This document shows positions 23,320 to 34,319 of a stretch of 64,000 nucleotides of DNA, one piece after another. The notes under the pieces are model-generated. The model did not search any database, had not been told where the DNA came from, and saw only the letters and a program-made list of their open reading frames with translations. The position numbers and the translations under genes were made by a program. The first letter of the stretch is position 1; each line of letters starts with the position of its first letter. The DNA comes from Zygnema circumcarinatum SAG 698-1b (lineage: Eukaryota > Plantae > Zygnematophyceae), in NCBI GenBank assembly GCA_037447605.1, contig CM074810.1, positions 2,886,880-2,950,879 of the forward strand, given 5' to 3'.

Positions 23320-26048
23320 CTAAGTGTGCCCGAAGGACGGTTGTGCGCCTGACTGCGTTGAGGGCACAATTCCGACTTCCTTGAGAATGGCGGCGGCAGC
23401 CAGCTCGCTGGGCGGCGTTCCATGCTCTCTCCTCAGTCCAACGGAGGAAACCAAAGTCCGTAAAAACGGCTCCGCTGCGTCGACCTGCATGCGCCGCCGT
23501 TCAGGCGCCTGCAGCAAACATCTGCAGAAGGGTGTTCCATGTGCAACTGGTCAGTTACCGGGGGAGAGAGAGAGGGGGGGGGGAAGGCAGGGAGGGAGGG
23601 ATAGAGGGCCTGGCAAGCAAACAAGTGAGAGAGCCGGAGACGTGGGAAATGGAGGGGGGCAAAGTGGGCCAAAAGAATAGGAGTGGGAGGAAGAGAGGGA
23701 GAGAGAGAGAGAGAGAGAGGGCAGGGAGGGAGGGATAGAGGGCCAGGCAAGCAAACAAGTGAGAGAGCCGGAGACATGGGAGATAGAGGGGGGCAAAGTG
23801 GGCCAAAAGAATAAAGGAGGGAGAAAGATTGAGGGGGAGAGAGAGAGAGAGGGAGAGAGAGCCAAAAGTCAACTGTTCAGAAGTTGAGAAAACGACCAGC
23901 ACCTTAAAGACTCCGCAAAAGTCAACGCTGTGCATTTTGAAAACAGTACTTCGGGAATGACCGGCTCGTCGAGGAAAATATTTGGAAGCGACACGTGACG
24001 AACTTTCGCTCTGCCCGAAACCCAAAGTTCAAGACATAAGGACTCATAAACGCATCAAATTCAATCGATTTTTCGAAACTTCACGGTGAAACTGAAAAAA
24101 CTGTAGAAAAAGATGCTGGTTACAAAACTGGTCTGAAAAATACCTTTTTTTTGCAATGTATTCGGTCAGTGCATGCGCGCGATAGCCCACGACGCAAGGG
24201 AGACGTGCACGCATCAACTGAATGACAGCTGTCCCGGAGACGCAGCCTGCCACGTCACATGCCTGCATAGAAACAGTCCTCCGTTTGACATTTTTAGGGT
24301 TACGAAGCCTTCAAGGGTTTGAAAGTGGTTTTTTTCCTCCCCTCTCCCTCCCCTCTCCTCTCCACTCTCCCCTCTCCCTCCCTCCCTCCCCTCACCCCTC
24401 TCCCCTCTTCCTCCCTCCCTCTCCTCTCTCCCCTCTCCCTCCCCTCTCCCCTCTCCCTCCCTCTCCCTCCCTCCCTCCNNNNNNNNNNCTCCCCTCTCCC
24501 TCCCTCCCTCCCACACTCACCGAAAGGCAGAGTACTTCTCTCTGTTTCCGGCTGCCCCGCTGAGCACGACTGCGGGCACACCCCATTGGCGGACTGCCTC
24601 GCTGACGTGGCGCTCCAGTGATGCCACGTGGACAGTTGGCACCACAACAGAGAGCCCCTGGAATGGCGCCTCCCCCGCTAAAAGACGAACGGCGCCGCCC
24701 AGGACAGGCAGCATCTGGCGGATCTCCTGCAGGCGGCTTCCAGGAAGGAGGCAGATCACAGGGGGCGAGTCTGCAAGGGTAAAATTGAAAAAAGAAAAAA
24801 TTGGAAAAAGGATGGAGGGGGGAAGGGGTGGAGGAGGGAATATATGGGAAAAGAGAAGGAAAATTGGGGAAAGAGGAAGGAACAAAAAAGGGCACATGCA
24901 AAAAAAGGAGGCAAAGAATGGAATATAGATGGATGAGGTATGTTGGGGGTGAAAGGATGAAGTGATTGTGAGGGGGAAAGAGAGAGGGAGGGAGAAAGAT
25001 AGGAAGGGAGGAGCGGGAAAAGGGCAGGAGGGAAGGGGGAAGAGGATGGGCGAAAAGAGGTGCGGGAGAGGGTCAAGGTGATAGGGAGAGGGTCAAGGTG
25101 ATAAGGAGAGGGAGAATAAGAAGACGGAGACCAGGAATAGAGGGAGTGGTCATCAAGAAAGAGTGGCAGAAAGGAGGAGAGGGAGTGCTTAAGAGATAGA
25201 GAAAGACTGGAGAGAACTCAGAATAATAGCTGAGTGTGTGAATGCATTTGATTCCTTCAGTGGAAACATCTTAAATGGGAATATTTTTAGCTGCTTCGTC
25301 AGCCATTGTTTTCCTCATTTAGCCATGCAACAACTGACTAGCCGAGCCCCATGCTTCAGCTTCCAAAAGAGCCCAAAAAGAAAATAAAAAGGAAGGAGGG
25401 GCTTACCCGGCCACTTTTCCTCGGGCAGATTATGTTTTCGCCGAAATGAGTCTCCGTCGCCTATTGGTCGCCACGGAGCAGAAAATTTCTTCCCAGTCTG
25501 CACATCTCCATAAATCTATATTTTAGAGTTTTGAAACTCTTATGTTCTTGAAACAGGATTCTTTACAGACATAACAATGTTTTTAAACAAGTTAAAAACT
25601 TTCGCATTTCCTTAATCTCTTACTACCTCAAGCTTCTCAGGGGGTACTAGCATTAGGGACTTTAGGGCCTTACACATAGAGCTCCCACTGTCTCTCTCTC
25701 TCCCTCTCCCCCTCCCTCTCCTTCCCAGAGGTCCTCCATCACAGGATGCCCCACAAAGGAGGCTCGGATGCCGTGCTGCTGACACGTGGCAGCCTCTGAG
25801 GGGAGGATGCACAGCATGTGGTCCACCACTCGCCTCCAAGCCTAAAGACACCCTCCAACATAGAATCAATACAGACCACAAACAAATTAAGCAAGTAAAC
25901 AAAAAGTTACAAAAACACAAACCAAAACCTGAAAATTTTCAAAGTCGTGGGGAAACACAATTCAAGACTAATTAGACCGTGAAAGTCGGGGGAATCAGCG
26001 GAGTTTGTAGAGAGAGAGAGAGAGGGAGAGAAAGAGAAAGAGAGAGAG

Positions 26049-26087
<39 letters not shown>

Positions 26088-27819
26088 GAGGGGTTGGGGT
26101 TCAGGGCTCCAGAGGCTGTTTCGTAGCACTACCTTGAGAGAAGCCTCCCCCCCTCGCCACGCCCAGAAGGATGGGGCCACATAGTGAACACAGGGAGGAC
26201 AGCGCAACCCTAGCCTCTCGTAGCGTCCTGCAGGAGAGAGCGGGAAAGAGAGCGCGAGAGGAACTGTGAGAGAGGGTGGCGGAGAGGGAGAATATGAAAA
26301 ATGGATTGAGAAGGAGAGTTGCAGGTCCAGAGAGAGAGGGGAAGACAGAAAAAAAGGGTGGTGGAAACAGAGAGAGTTAGAGAAATATGGAGAGGGTGTG
26401 GGAGAGACTGCGAGAGGTAGGAGGGGCAAAAAGAAGGGAGGGGTGAGAGGGTGAACAGTAAAGGAAAGGGAAGAGGGAAGGGAATAGGGAGGCAGAGAAA
26501 GTGATATAGATGTGTAGGAAAGCAAAAGTAAGAGATGAGAGTGAGAGGAGCGGTGGTCACAAAAATGATGAAGTGGAAATAATCTCGAAATAGGAATCCT
26601 ATATCTTACGACGGATTTCACGCAACAGCCGCATGGAGAAGCCTTTGGAGTCAATGGTTACGACAACATGCGGGTCAAATTTCATGGCTTCTGCGGCAGC
26701 TACCCTCAGACACATCTGCGGAGAAAAGGCCGAATCAAGGATGCTGGTTTTAGTTTTGATGACAAGAAGTCATGAGCGGCATGATAAGAATCGGAACCGA
26801 CTGCATTACTAGGAGAAAAGCAGAAGGAAGGGGAAAGTACAGAGAGAGAGGATGAGAAAGCAAGAGAGAGAGAGAAAGAGTGTGAGAGAGGGAAAGAAGG
26901 AGGAACTCACCCATATGCGAGGAAGCCGAAATAGGACCTCTGCAATCCCCATAGCGGACAGATGCTCCATTGGGAAAATGCTCGTCAGACCTTGCTCTGA
27001 CATTCTAAATCTGAAATTTCAAAAGAAAAAAAGCGGAGCAGTCTCATGGGCTAATACTCACAGAATCTCTAAAGATTAAAATTTGACCCCCAATGCCAAA
27101 TATTATCGTCAATGTCGAAACTTCTAGTTTCTTGAGCTAAAATTCTTCTTCTTCTTCCGCTTGTCCTCGTGTATCTAAATGCTCAATAAATTATGAAAGA
27201 AACTAATTCATGGGTGTTTCAATATTTCAGAGGGGGAATTGGAGGCGGCCTCTAACCCTCCCACGCCTCTGAAGGAGACGCGTAGCGGCGCCATCCTCTG
27301 CAGCGCCGCCATGAGGGCGCTGCCCGCAGCGTCCCCTGAAGGCTCCCCCGCCACAATGAACAGGCGCAGGCTTCCAAGTGATGTTGCTGCCAGCCATGGT
27401 GATGTTGCAGGGGATGGAGGTGATGTTGCAGATGTAACAGGGGATGGAAGTGATGTTGCAGATGTTGCAGGGGGTGGAGGTGATGTTGCAGATGTTGCAG
27501 GGGATGGAGGTGATGTTGCAGATGTTGCAGGGGTTGGTGGTGATGTTGCAGGGGTTGGGAATGATGTTGGAGCAGATAAAGGTGATTTTGGAGAGGATGG
27601 GGGTGATGTTGGAGGGGGCGGTGTTGATGTTGCTGATGATGATGAGGTGAGGCTCCTACTAAAGCCGACAAAAGAGCATGCGTGAGGCGCAGTCGGGAAA
27701 GGGGAGCGGTGCCATAGCGCCTGCCTCAGGCCATGGAGGTTGGGAGAGGCGGCCGTGCACTCGGCGAGGGCGCGCGAGAGGAGAGAGAGAGCGCGGCGTC
27801 CCGCCATGGATGCGCCCAT
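23320..27819 (-). CDS. LpxB: Lipid-A-disaccharide synthase LpxB, plant organellar type, multi-exon
   Basis: Exons translate to LRLFIVAGEPSGD, FRGVGG, GLTSIFPMEHLSAMGIAEV, PHVVVTIDSKGFSMRL, VHYVAPSFWAWRGG, DHMLCILP...SFVGHP, ICLLPGSRLQEI, SGTAVIQLMRARLPCVVGYR, VSLPNIFLDEPVIPE, PSELAAAAIL. The ATG is at 27819 or 27807 (the ORF-track start at 27825 is GTG). Confidence 0.95.
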
Positions 27820-27890
27820 GGGCACGAGTGAGAAAGGTGCTTGATTTAGTTTTTGATATTTATAAATTTAAACGTTCCACCTTAGAACAT

Positions 27891-27961
27891 GCGCATTTGG
27901 TGTAGTGGTAACATATCACCCTCCCACGGTGATGCCGGGGGTTCGATTCCCCCAATGCGCA
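27891..27961 (+). tRNA. tRNA-Gly(CCC)
   Basis: GCGCATTTGGTGTAGTGGTAACATATCACCCTCCCACGGTGATGCCGGGGGTTCGATTCCCCCAATGCGCA has paired acceptor, anticodon and T stems, anticodon loop CT-CCC-AC, and a downstream TTTT. Confidence 0.93.
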
Positions 27962-28808
27962 ATCTTTTCGGAGATTTTTCCTTCTCTAGAAGCGGAGAGT
28001 GTTCTGTTGCTCATAGCTTTTCTTTCGTTTGAAGGTTTATGATGTGCTTCATCTGCGATTGGTTCATAACTTCCATCGGTTCTTTGTCATATTGCTTTTG
28101 TTCATGTAATGGGATGGCGTCGCCATGGTGAGATTAATGCCAGTACAATCTCTAGTTTTTGTCTTTCGTACAGCTGCACTTACTCTATGAAGGCTTTTCT
28201 TCATAGAAAGATAGAAAAAAGAACTAGTCCCATCATGAGATGATAGTCAGGACGTGTTTCTCCTTTCCACTGAGCGAGCACTTATAAAAAAAAAAAATGT
28301 ACCAAATGAGTTCTGAACCATGGCAGAAAACAGTCGTTTCTTTTATAAATCCATCCGAAAAGACAGTCTGTAACCCTACGCATGTTGACCTCCTTTGCAG
28401 TTTTCTTTACCTTCCCTAGACTTAGTCGTCATGCAACGATTATTTCTCCGGCCTATCGCTACACTGAGTCTGGAGCAGCACAGCAGCGGGAGGGAAAGAG
28501 GGAGAGAAGGCGAGAGAAGTAACAAAGCGAAGGAGAGAGGGAGAAAGAAAAAAGGCCTTGTTTCCAAGTTCCACTACTACCCTTCATCTGCTGACAACGA
28601 ACTCCAAAAGCAAACTCCATGAGCGGAATAATTTTCAGAAGTGCTTCGCATGCTCCTGACGCCATGGCTCCGCACTGAGTCTAGAGCTGCACAACAGAGC
28701 ATAGCCGCAGAGTGGGAGAGTGGGAGAGAGATGTACAGAGTGGGAGGTGGGCGAGAGAGAGAGGGAGAGCGAGAGAGAGAGAAAGAGAGACAGAGAAAAA
28801 GGCTTCCA

Positions 28809-31023
28809 CTACTGCACTTCATCCGCTGACGGGGAGCTCCAAAAAGCAAACTCCATGGGCAGAATAACCCTCAGAAGTGCTTCGAGTTCTCCTGAAGCTC
28901 TGGCAACGTTCTCGAGCCATACGACTTCTGAGCGGCTGACAGCATCCATGAACCCATGCTTCGCCTCCTTCACTCTCTGTGCATCCGCCTGCAGAGCCAC
29001 CAAACGGCTATCCGCTTGTCCCAGCAAATGTTGGACATATTCAACAGTGAGACAGAGGCGCTCGTTCAGAAAAAAATGCATTTCGTTTGGGTCCCATGTT
29101 CTTTGCATGTCCGCCTCCTCCACGCTGTCAGGCAGCTGCTCCATTAGAAGTGTCTCACTAGGAAACTGCAATTGCAACTGAGCAGTTTGTTACAATTTCT
29201 TCTCTCAGAAAGCTAACTTTCCCTCTCAGTCTTCTACAGTCTCTTTCTATTTCTTTCAGAAATTCCATCAATGTCTTAGGATCATTAAATATTCAGAAAG
29301 CCTGACATTAGGATTTAATCAGCATGGCGCTATTTCCGGTCTGCAGGACAGATTTGAAGTGAGCAAAGTAACCCTATGCAGACAAGTCAATCATGGCTTG
29401 GAGCCTTATGAAAATTCGCTTGTTTCGGCATCCTATATGTCAGGCATTAGCAGCCTTGAAAAAACTGCAATCTACTAAAAAAACCTGGTTCAAACAAAAG
29501 TTCAGCGGGTTTTTATAAAGCGAGGAAATACTTCTTCACCCAGCGACTGCATCAAAGAATAGCTTTGCCACTCATAGCCCCTTGCCACATAATTCGCTCC
29601 AGTCAGATACTCTCATGCTATTTTTAAGCTTTCCGCTTCCGTTTGCGTTCAAAGCGAGCCCGCTTGCTCACTTTGAAGCAGTATGTCGACCCCCACCAAG
29701 TCCGTAGTGTAGTAATACCACATTTTGGTACATCAATTCAGAAATTTCTTAAAAAACCAACATATTTTGTCCGTTTTTGTCATTACAAGGTATGGTATTA
29801 CTGAATCAAATAGCAGGTAGTACTAAAACATCATTACCGTCCTTTTTTCCTCCCACCTTTGATTCCTCTGGAGCAGCTCGCAAGTAGTTCTCGACATGTT
29901 TCAACAAGATGGCTGCCTCCTCTATCTCTCCTCTTGCCAGCTCAGCGCTTTGGACCACCTTATCCACCGCCCTGCGCGCTTCACACCACCTCCCATTCAC
30001 TTCATTGCTCGCCGAACAGGACTCTAAAGCGTCTTCAAACCGGGCCAGAAGAATCATCAGCTCTCCACCGCCTAAGCCTAAACCCGTTCCAGTTATGCCT
30101 GGCAATGATGCTGCTTTCTTGCTCAACTTGTTCAGATTTCGATTGCTATCGCTCAACCTGTTGTTAGGCCACTCGCCCGCTCTTCTCTTCCCTGAATTGT
30201 GAAACATTACGTCTTTATCACTGTCATTCAATTCGCCCCACTTTGACCGGAATGCATCATCGTCTTCTGGCAGTGCAGGTCTCAAGGCTGCAGGAATTTC
30301 TGGCGCATTGAAGCCGAGTTTTTTAGGCAGATGCTGATCAAGGTCAGACTGATGGCTGCAGGCTGAAGGGGGATCATCCTGACGCTGTTTTGGAGAGCAG
30401 TCTTTTCCATTGTCTAGCCCCGAAATTTCGTTTTTTGAAGCTCCATGCTGCCGTATTTTCCGTTGGCTCAAGGACTTGCGAGGCAGATCATGACTACTAG
30501 GAGAAATAGAGTCATTGGAAGAAGTTGAAAGCTTGGTGAACTCTCTCCAGTCAAATGGAAGCCTCTCACTGCCTTCCTGCAAAGCATCTGCTGCACGACA
30601 GTCGCCTGATGAGGTAAACGACTCAATTCTCAGGCTCTGAAATCCTTCAAAAGCAGACCTATTCCCATCCTTGTGCTGGGAGTTTCCAGGCTTTTCATCA
30701 GGTGCTTCCCCATGGCCGGGAGCCGCTCCTTGTTCTCTTGCGAAACTTCTGCTACCTCTCAAGACTCTCTCCCGGAACCTGCACTTCGGCTTTCCTTCCA
30801 AGGAAGGCCTCCAAAAATCCTCGTTCTCACCACTGGACCTAGTAATACCACTTTGATAATTTGAATGAACAGTTTTGGGACTCCCTGGGGCCCCTTTATC
30901 AGCAACCCTTCTGGATATGAGCAGTATTGCTGATTTACATCCACCAAGGTCTTCATTTCGCTCGTCAAGATTGCCCGAAAGAAGGTTGAGCTGGTGCGGG
31001 AAATTGGTGAAGCTCGACGCCAT
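28809..31023 (-). CDS. Unidentified protein-coding locus, possibly decaying: disordered N-terminal part plus helical/coiled-coil segments
   Basis: A 405-codon ATG ORF (31023-29806) in non-repetitive sequence. Further coding-like segments NDPKTLMEFLKEIERDCRRLRGK and FPSETLL...MEFAF can be joined by a short GT-AG intron. I could not build a stop-free model across 29800-29300. Confidence 0.5.
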
Positions 31024-31515
31024 GGTGAAGTAAGCAAGTGGAGGCTGCAGCTTCCTCCCAACTCCCTGACTCCTCCACCCTCTTCCCTCCGAACTGCCTC
31101 TGACCTCCTAGATATCTCCTCCTCCCTCCTTCCCCCCCACTTCCTCCCTCCTCCCTCCTCCCTCCCTCCTCCGGACTGCCGCTTCCCTCCTCCCTCCTCG
31201 CTCCTTCCCTCCCTCCCTCCCTCCCCTCCAAGGGGATGGGGAAAGGGAGGCTCTAGAGGGCGCCGTTTGGATATGAAGGATTCAAACTTTCCTAACGGCC
31301 AGTTCCAAGATCTGGATGACGAGGTCGCGGGTTCGAGTCCCGCAGACTGCAAGTCTGACTCCGTCCCCGAGGGCCCGAGGCAGGCGGCAATCCAACGGTG
31401 AAAACGTTGTGAGTGGACTCGTGTGGCGTATCCAACGGCCAAAATCTCCTAGGTCCTTTGCGCCCAGTTCCACTTCGCCATTTACATTTAATGGCCTCGC
31501 CATCGTGAGATCAAT

Positions 31516-32503
31516 AGGGCGTGTCAGACTTAAAAAATTCTCGTAATACTAAAAACTCGATATTCGTAACATTTCGAGTCAACGTCAGTAAAACTAAAAT
31601 TCCCGAGCGTAGTTTTTCGCACTCGCGGCGCGGTCCTGTTCGCACTCCGCGATCGCCGTCTTCGCACTTCTCCAAACGCCGTCTTCGCAACTTCGCCCTC
31701 GCGCGGGGCCCTCAGACTTAGGGTGGGGGTCCATCAGCGTTTGCCTGTACCGCCACATCGGATCATGAGTCATGAAGGGAGAATTGCGGGTTCCATCAGA
31801 GGTCCCGCGAGCCAATCAGCGGACGCCACGTGGACACATTTATTCGTCCACCGTGGCCGCGCGTCCACCGCGCATTGGCGGCTGTGCGCCAGCGTGGTCG
31901 CCGTACCCCCGTGGCATCTCGAACGGATCTTCAACGCCACGCGGCGGCGCACGATTGGAAAACTCAGGCATAGTTCTAGGGAACTCACTTCAGGGGGTAT
32001 GTTTTGGGGAACTACGCCTGTACCTCCACGTCGGTCCTAGTCGGCGCCACGACGGCGCCACATCATCCTCCAAAACAACGCCTGTACCTCCACGTCGGCG
32101 AAAAATCGCTGATGGACCCCCACCCTTAGAAACAGCGCCGGCGCGGCGCGCGGAGACCGCTTGTCGTTGTGTCGTGTTGCGCGTCACGGGCGGGCGCGGG
32201 CGCGGGCGGGAAGCCGGGAAAACAACCATGACGTCACGTTGACGCGATTTTCGCCAGTATTTTCTTCGCACGTCCATTTCGGCGCCTCTTTTGGGTGCGA
32301 ACAAAATCGTGCGAAGAAGTGCCCTTTTTAGTAAACCCCACGGGTCAATCTTCGCAACGTTGACCCGTTGACTTAGCACAGTTGACTTCCGTTCGGTTCG
32401 ACTTAGGTTCGGGGGCGCGATGATTTTTAGTACTTAGTAACCTCGATTCTCGTAATACTAAAAACTCGATATTCGTAACATTTTGTTAAGTCTGACACGC
32501 CCT
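31516..32503. mobile_element. Non-autonomous DNA transposon (988 bp) with 18-bp perfect TIRs, AAT target-site duplication and 38-bp internal direct repeats
   Basis: TIR AGGGCGTGTCAGACTTAA at 31516-31533, inverse at 32486-32503. AAT at 31513-31515 and 32504-32506. A paralogous empty site (GAGATCAATGCCA) is at 33174-33186. No transposase ORF. Confidence 0.88.
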
Positions 32504-32644
32504 AATGCCACTTCCTTTCTAAGCCAAAAGCGCTTTGAAAGCAGTCGTGGCATATCTAACGGTTCAGCACAATCTCGCATGAGAAAATCCAACGGCCAGA
32601 AAAATTTCAATACGGTACTTAAACATCCGCGTGCAGGCGCTCGA

Positions 32645-32992
32645 CCGCTGGATTTGCCACGTATACCCTTAAGGCGTTTTGACCGTTGGATGCCTACGTT
32701 GAGATGCTCAGCGTGGGACCGTTAAATACGTCATGTGTAAATCTCGCTCTGTTTTGACGGTTGGATTTACACTTGCGAATGTTTCGTCACTGGACCGTTG
32801 GATGTGCCTCGTGTTACATATCTCAGTGCTCCCGTTGGATTTCCGCTTGACAATTTTTACGTTATGACCGCTGGATAGCCACGTGTACCATCGAAATCTT
32901 TTGGACCGTTGGATTGCCGGATCGGAGATATACGATTGTTGACCGTTGAATTTGCCACGTATATAGACATGCAACTCTGAGACCGTCGGATT
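32645..32992 (+). repeat. Array of 10 GACCGTTGGATT-like boxes at 36-40-bp spacing with non-repetitive spacers
   Basis: Cores at 32645, 32683, 32719, 32758, 32795, 32832, 32868, 32906, 32943 and 32983. Confidence 0.85.
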
Positions 32993-34319
32993 TTCCCATG
33001 GAAGACTCTCAAGCGATCGGTGTATACGCTATGCCATGCTATACTTGTTGAGCCTAGACGTAGTTTTCCGCTCCTAGATTTTCTTTTGTCCTTAGGTCCT
33101 TTGTGACCAGTTCCTCGTGGTTCCCCATGATGATTTTGCCCTATGTACATTTGATGGCATCATCGCCATGCGTGAGATCAATGCCATATTCTTTGCTTCT
33201 TTATGCTATGCTACGGTATGGTACGAAAGAGAAGAGAGAATTGGGAGGGGGGGGGGGCGCGCATTGATTCCTAGCACCATGATGTCGGCAAATATTGGGC
33301 GAAAATCTTGGAATTTGAAAATATAAGGAAGTCCGTGTTAACAATAGGCGGGCGGGCCCGGCCGTACTGTTTCCTCTGTACGGATGCGCATGACCGCCCA
33401 GCGGGCCCTGTCGCGAGCTCTTATTGTTGCCGTACATTTAACCTCACGAGCTCCTATTGGTGCCGTACATATACCGTATGATTTAAAGATTTTATTCGTA
33501 CTTACCGTACAGCGGACTAGCGTGAAACCATGTTCGAAACCCGTTTCAATTAACAGATTTTGGAAAATAGGTCAGGTTAGGTTAACACCCCTAATACATT
33601 AACATAGACTTACCGTACTAAAAGTGGTTTCCTCAAAATCAGGGCGAATTTCTTTTCGGTAACCAAAGTTCTCGGGTGGAAAATATTGGGGGGTGGGGGG
33701 GGGGAGGTTCTGTATTACGACGGTGCGTCCTTTTGGCGTCTTCTCGGAGAATGAACGGCCACGATTCGAGCTGCGGTCCACGTTAGTTGTGACCCGTCCG
33801 ATAGGTCGCAACTGAACGCCTCCGAGAGTGACACGGAACTGTGACGCCGCAAGTAACTGTTACTGTGAAGTCGAGCATAGATCGTGGGGGCAGTTTTGAG
33901 GTCGCCTCTCCGAGGGCCGTCACAAGTCGAACCCAAACGTTGGCCCTTTCGACTGCTCGACATTGTAAAACGAGATTCAAATCGAAATAAGTATCCGCAG
34001 ACGAATAGTTTTTGGCCCAATTTTGTACCGATTTTGATTTCATTGGGCAGTGTCACAGGCGTCGCCCTGTCCTGACGCCGGCGGCCTCTCTATTTTGGAC
34101 CTCCGTTAAGGCCAGGCCACGGCTGCAAGGGACTGTGGTCAGTGGGGGGGGAAGCCGCCGTCTTGCCGTACACGAAAAGCAGAAGGAGGAATATTTATGA
34201 AAGCTATATATGGAGCAGATGGAGTGGTTGAACCGGATCTGTTGGCAGTTGTCTTGAATTAGACAAAGCTTCAGCTTTTATCATCTAGTTTTTTTCTTGT
34301 GTAAGAGAGTGCTTTCGAT

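Noticed and set aside
23588-23820. ~136-bp tandem duplication in the last LpxB intron
   Set aside because: Real but ordinary. It does not include a splice site and adds nothing beyond the general intron-repeat pattern.
27962-28200. Dicistronic tRNA-Gly-snoRNA as in land plants
   Set aside because: A TTTT terminator follows the tRNA immediately and I see no convincing C/D box pair with a terminal stem.
31321-31351. tRNA-like T-arm AGGTCGCGGGTTCGAGTCCCGC
   Set aside because: No matching 5' acceptor strand, D-arm or anticodon arm upstream. At most a fragment or coincidence.
32645-32992. CRISPR array interpretation of the 37-bp repeat-spacer pattern
   Set aside because: Eukaryotic context, a conserved part that is short and degenerate (about 12-20 nt), no cas genes and no leader. 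Kept as a finding under a different interpretation.
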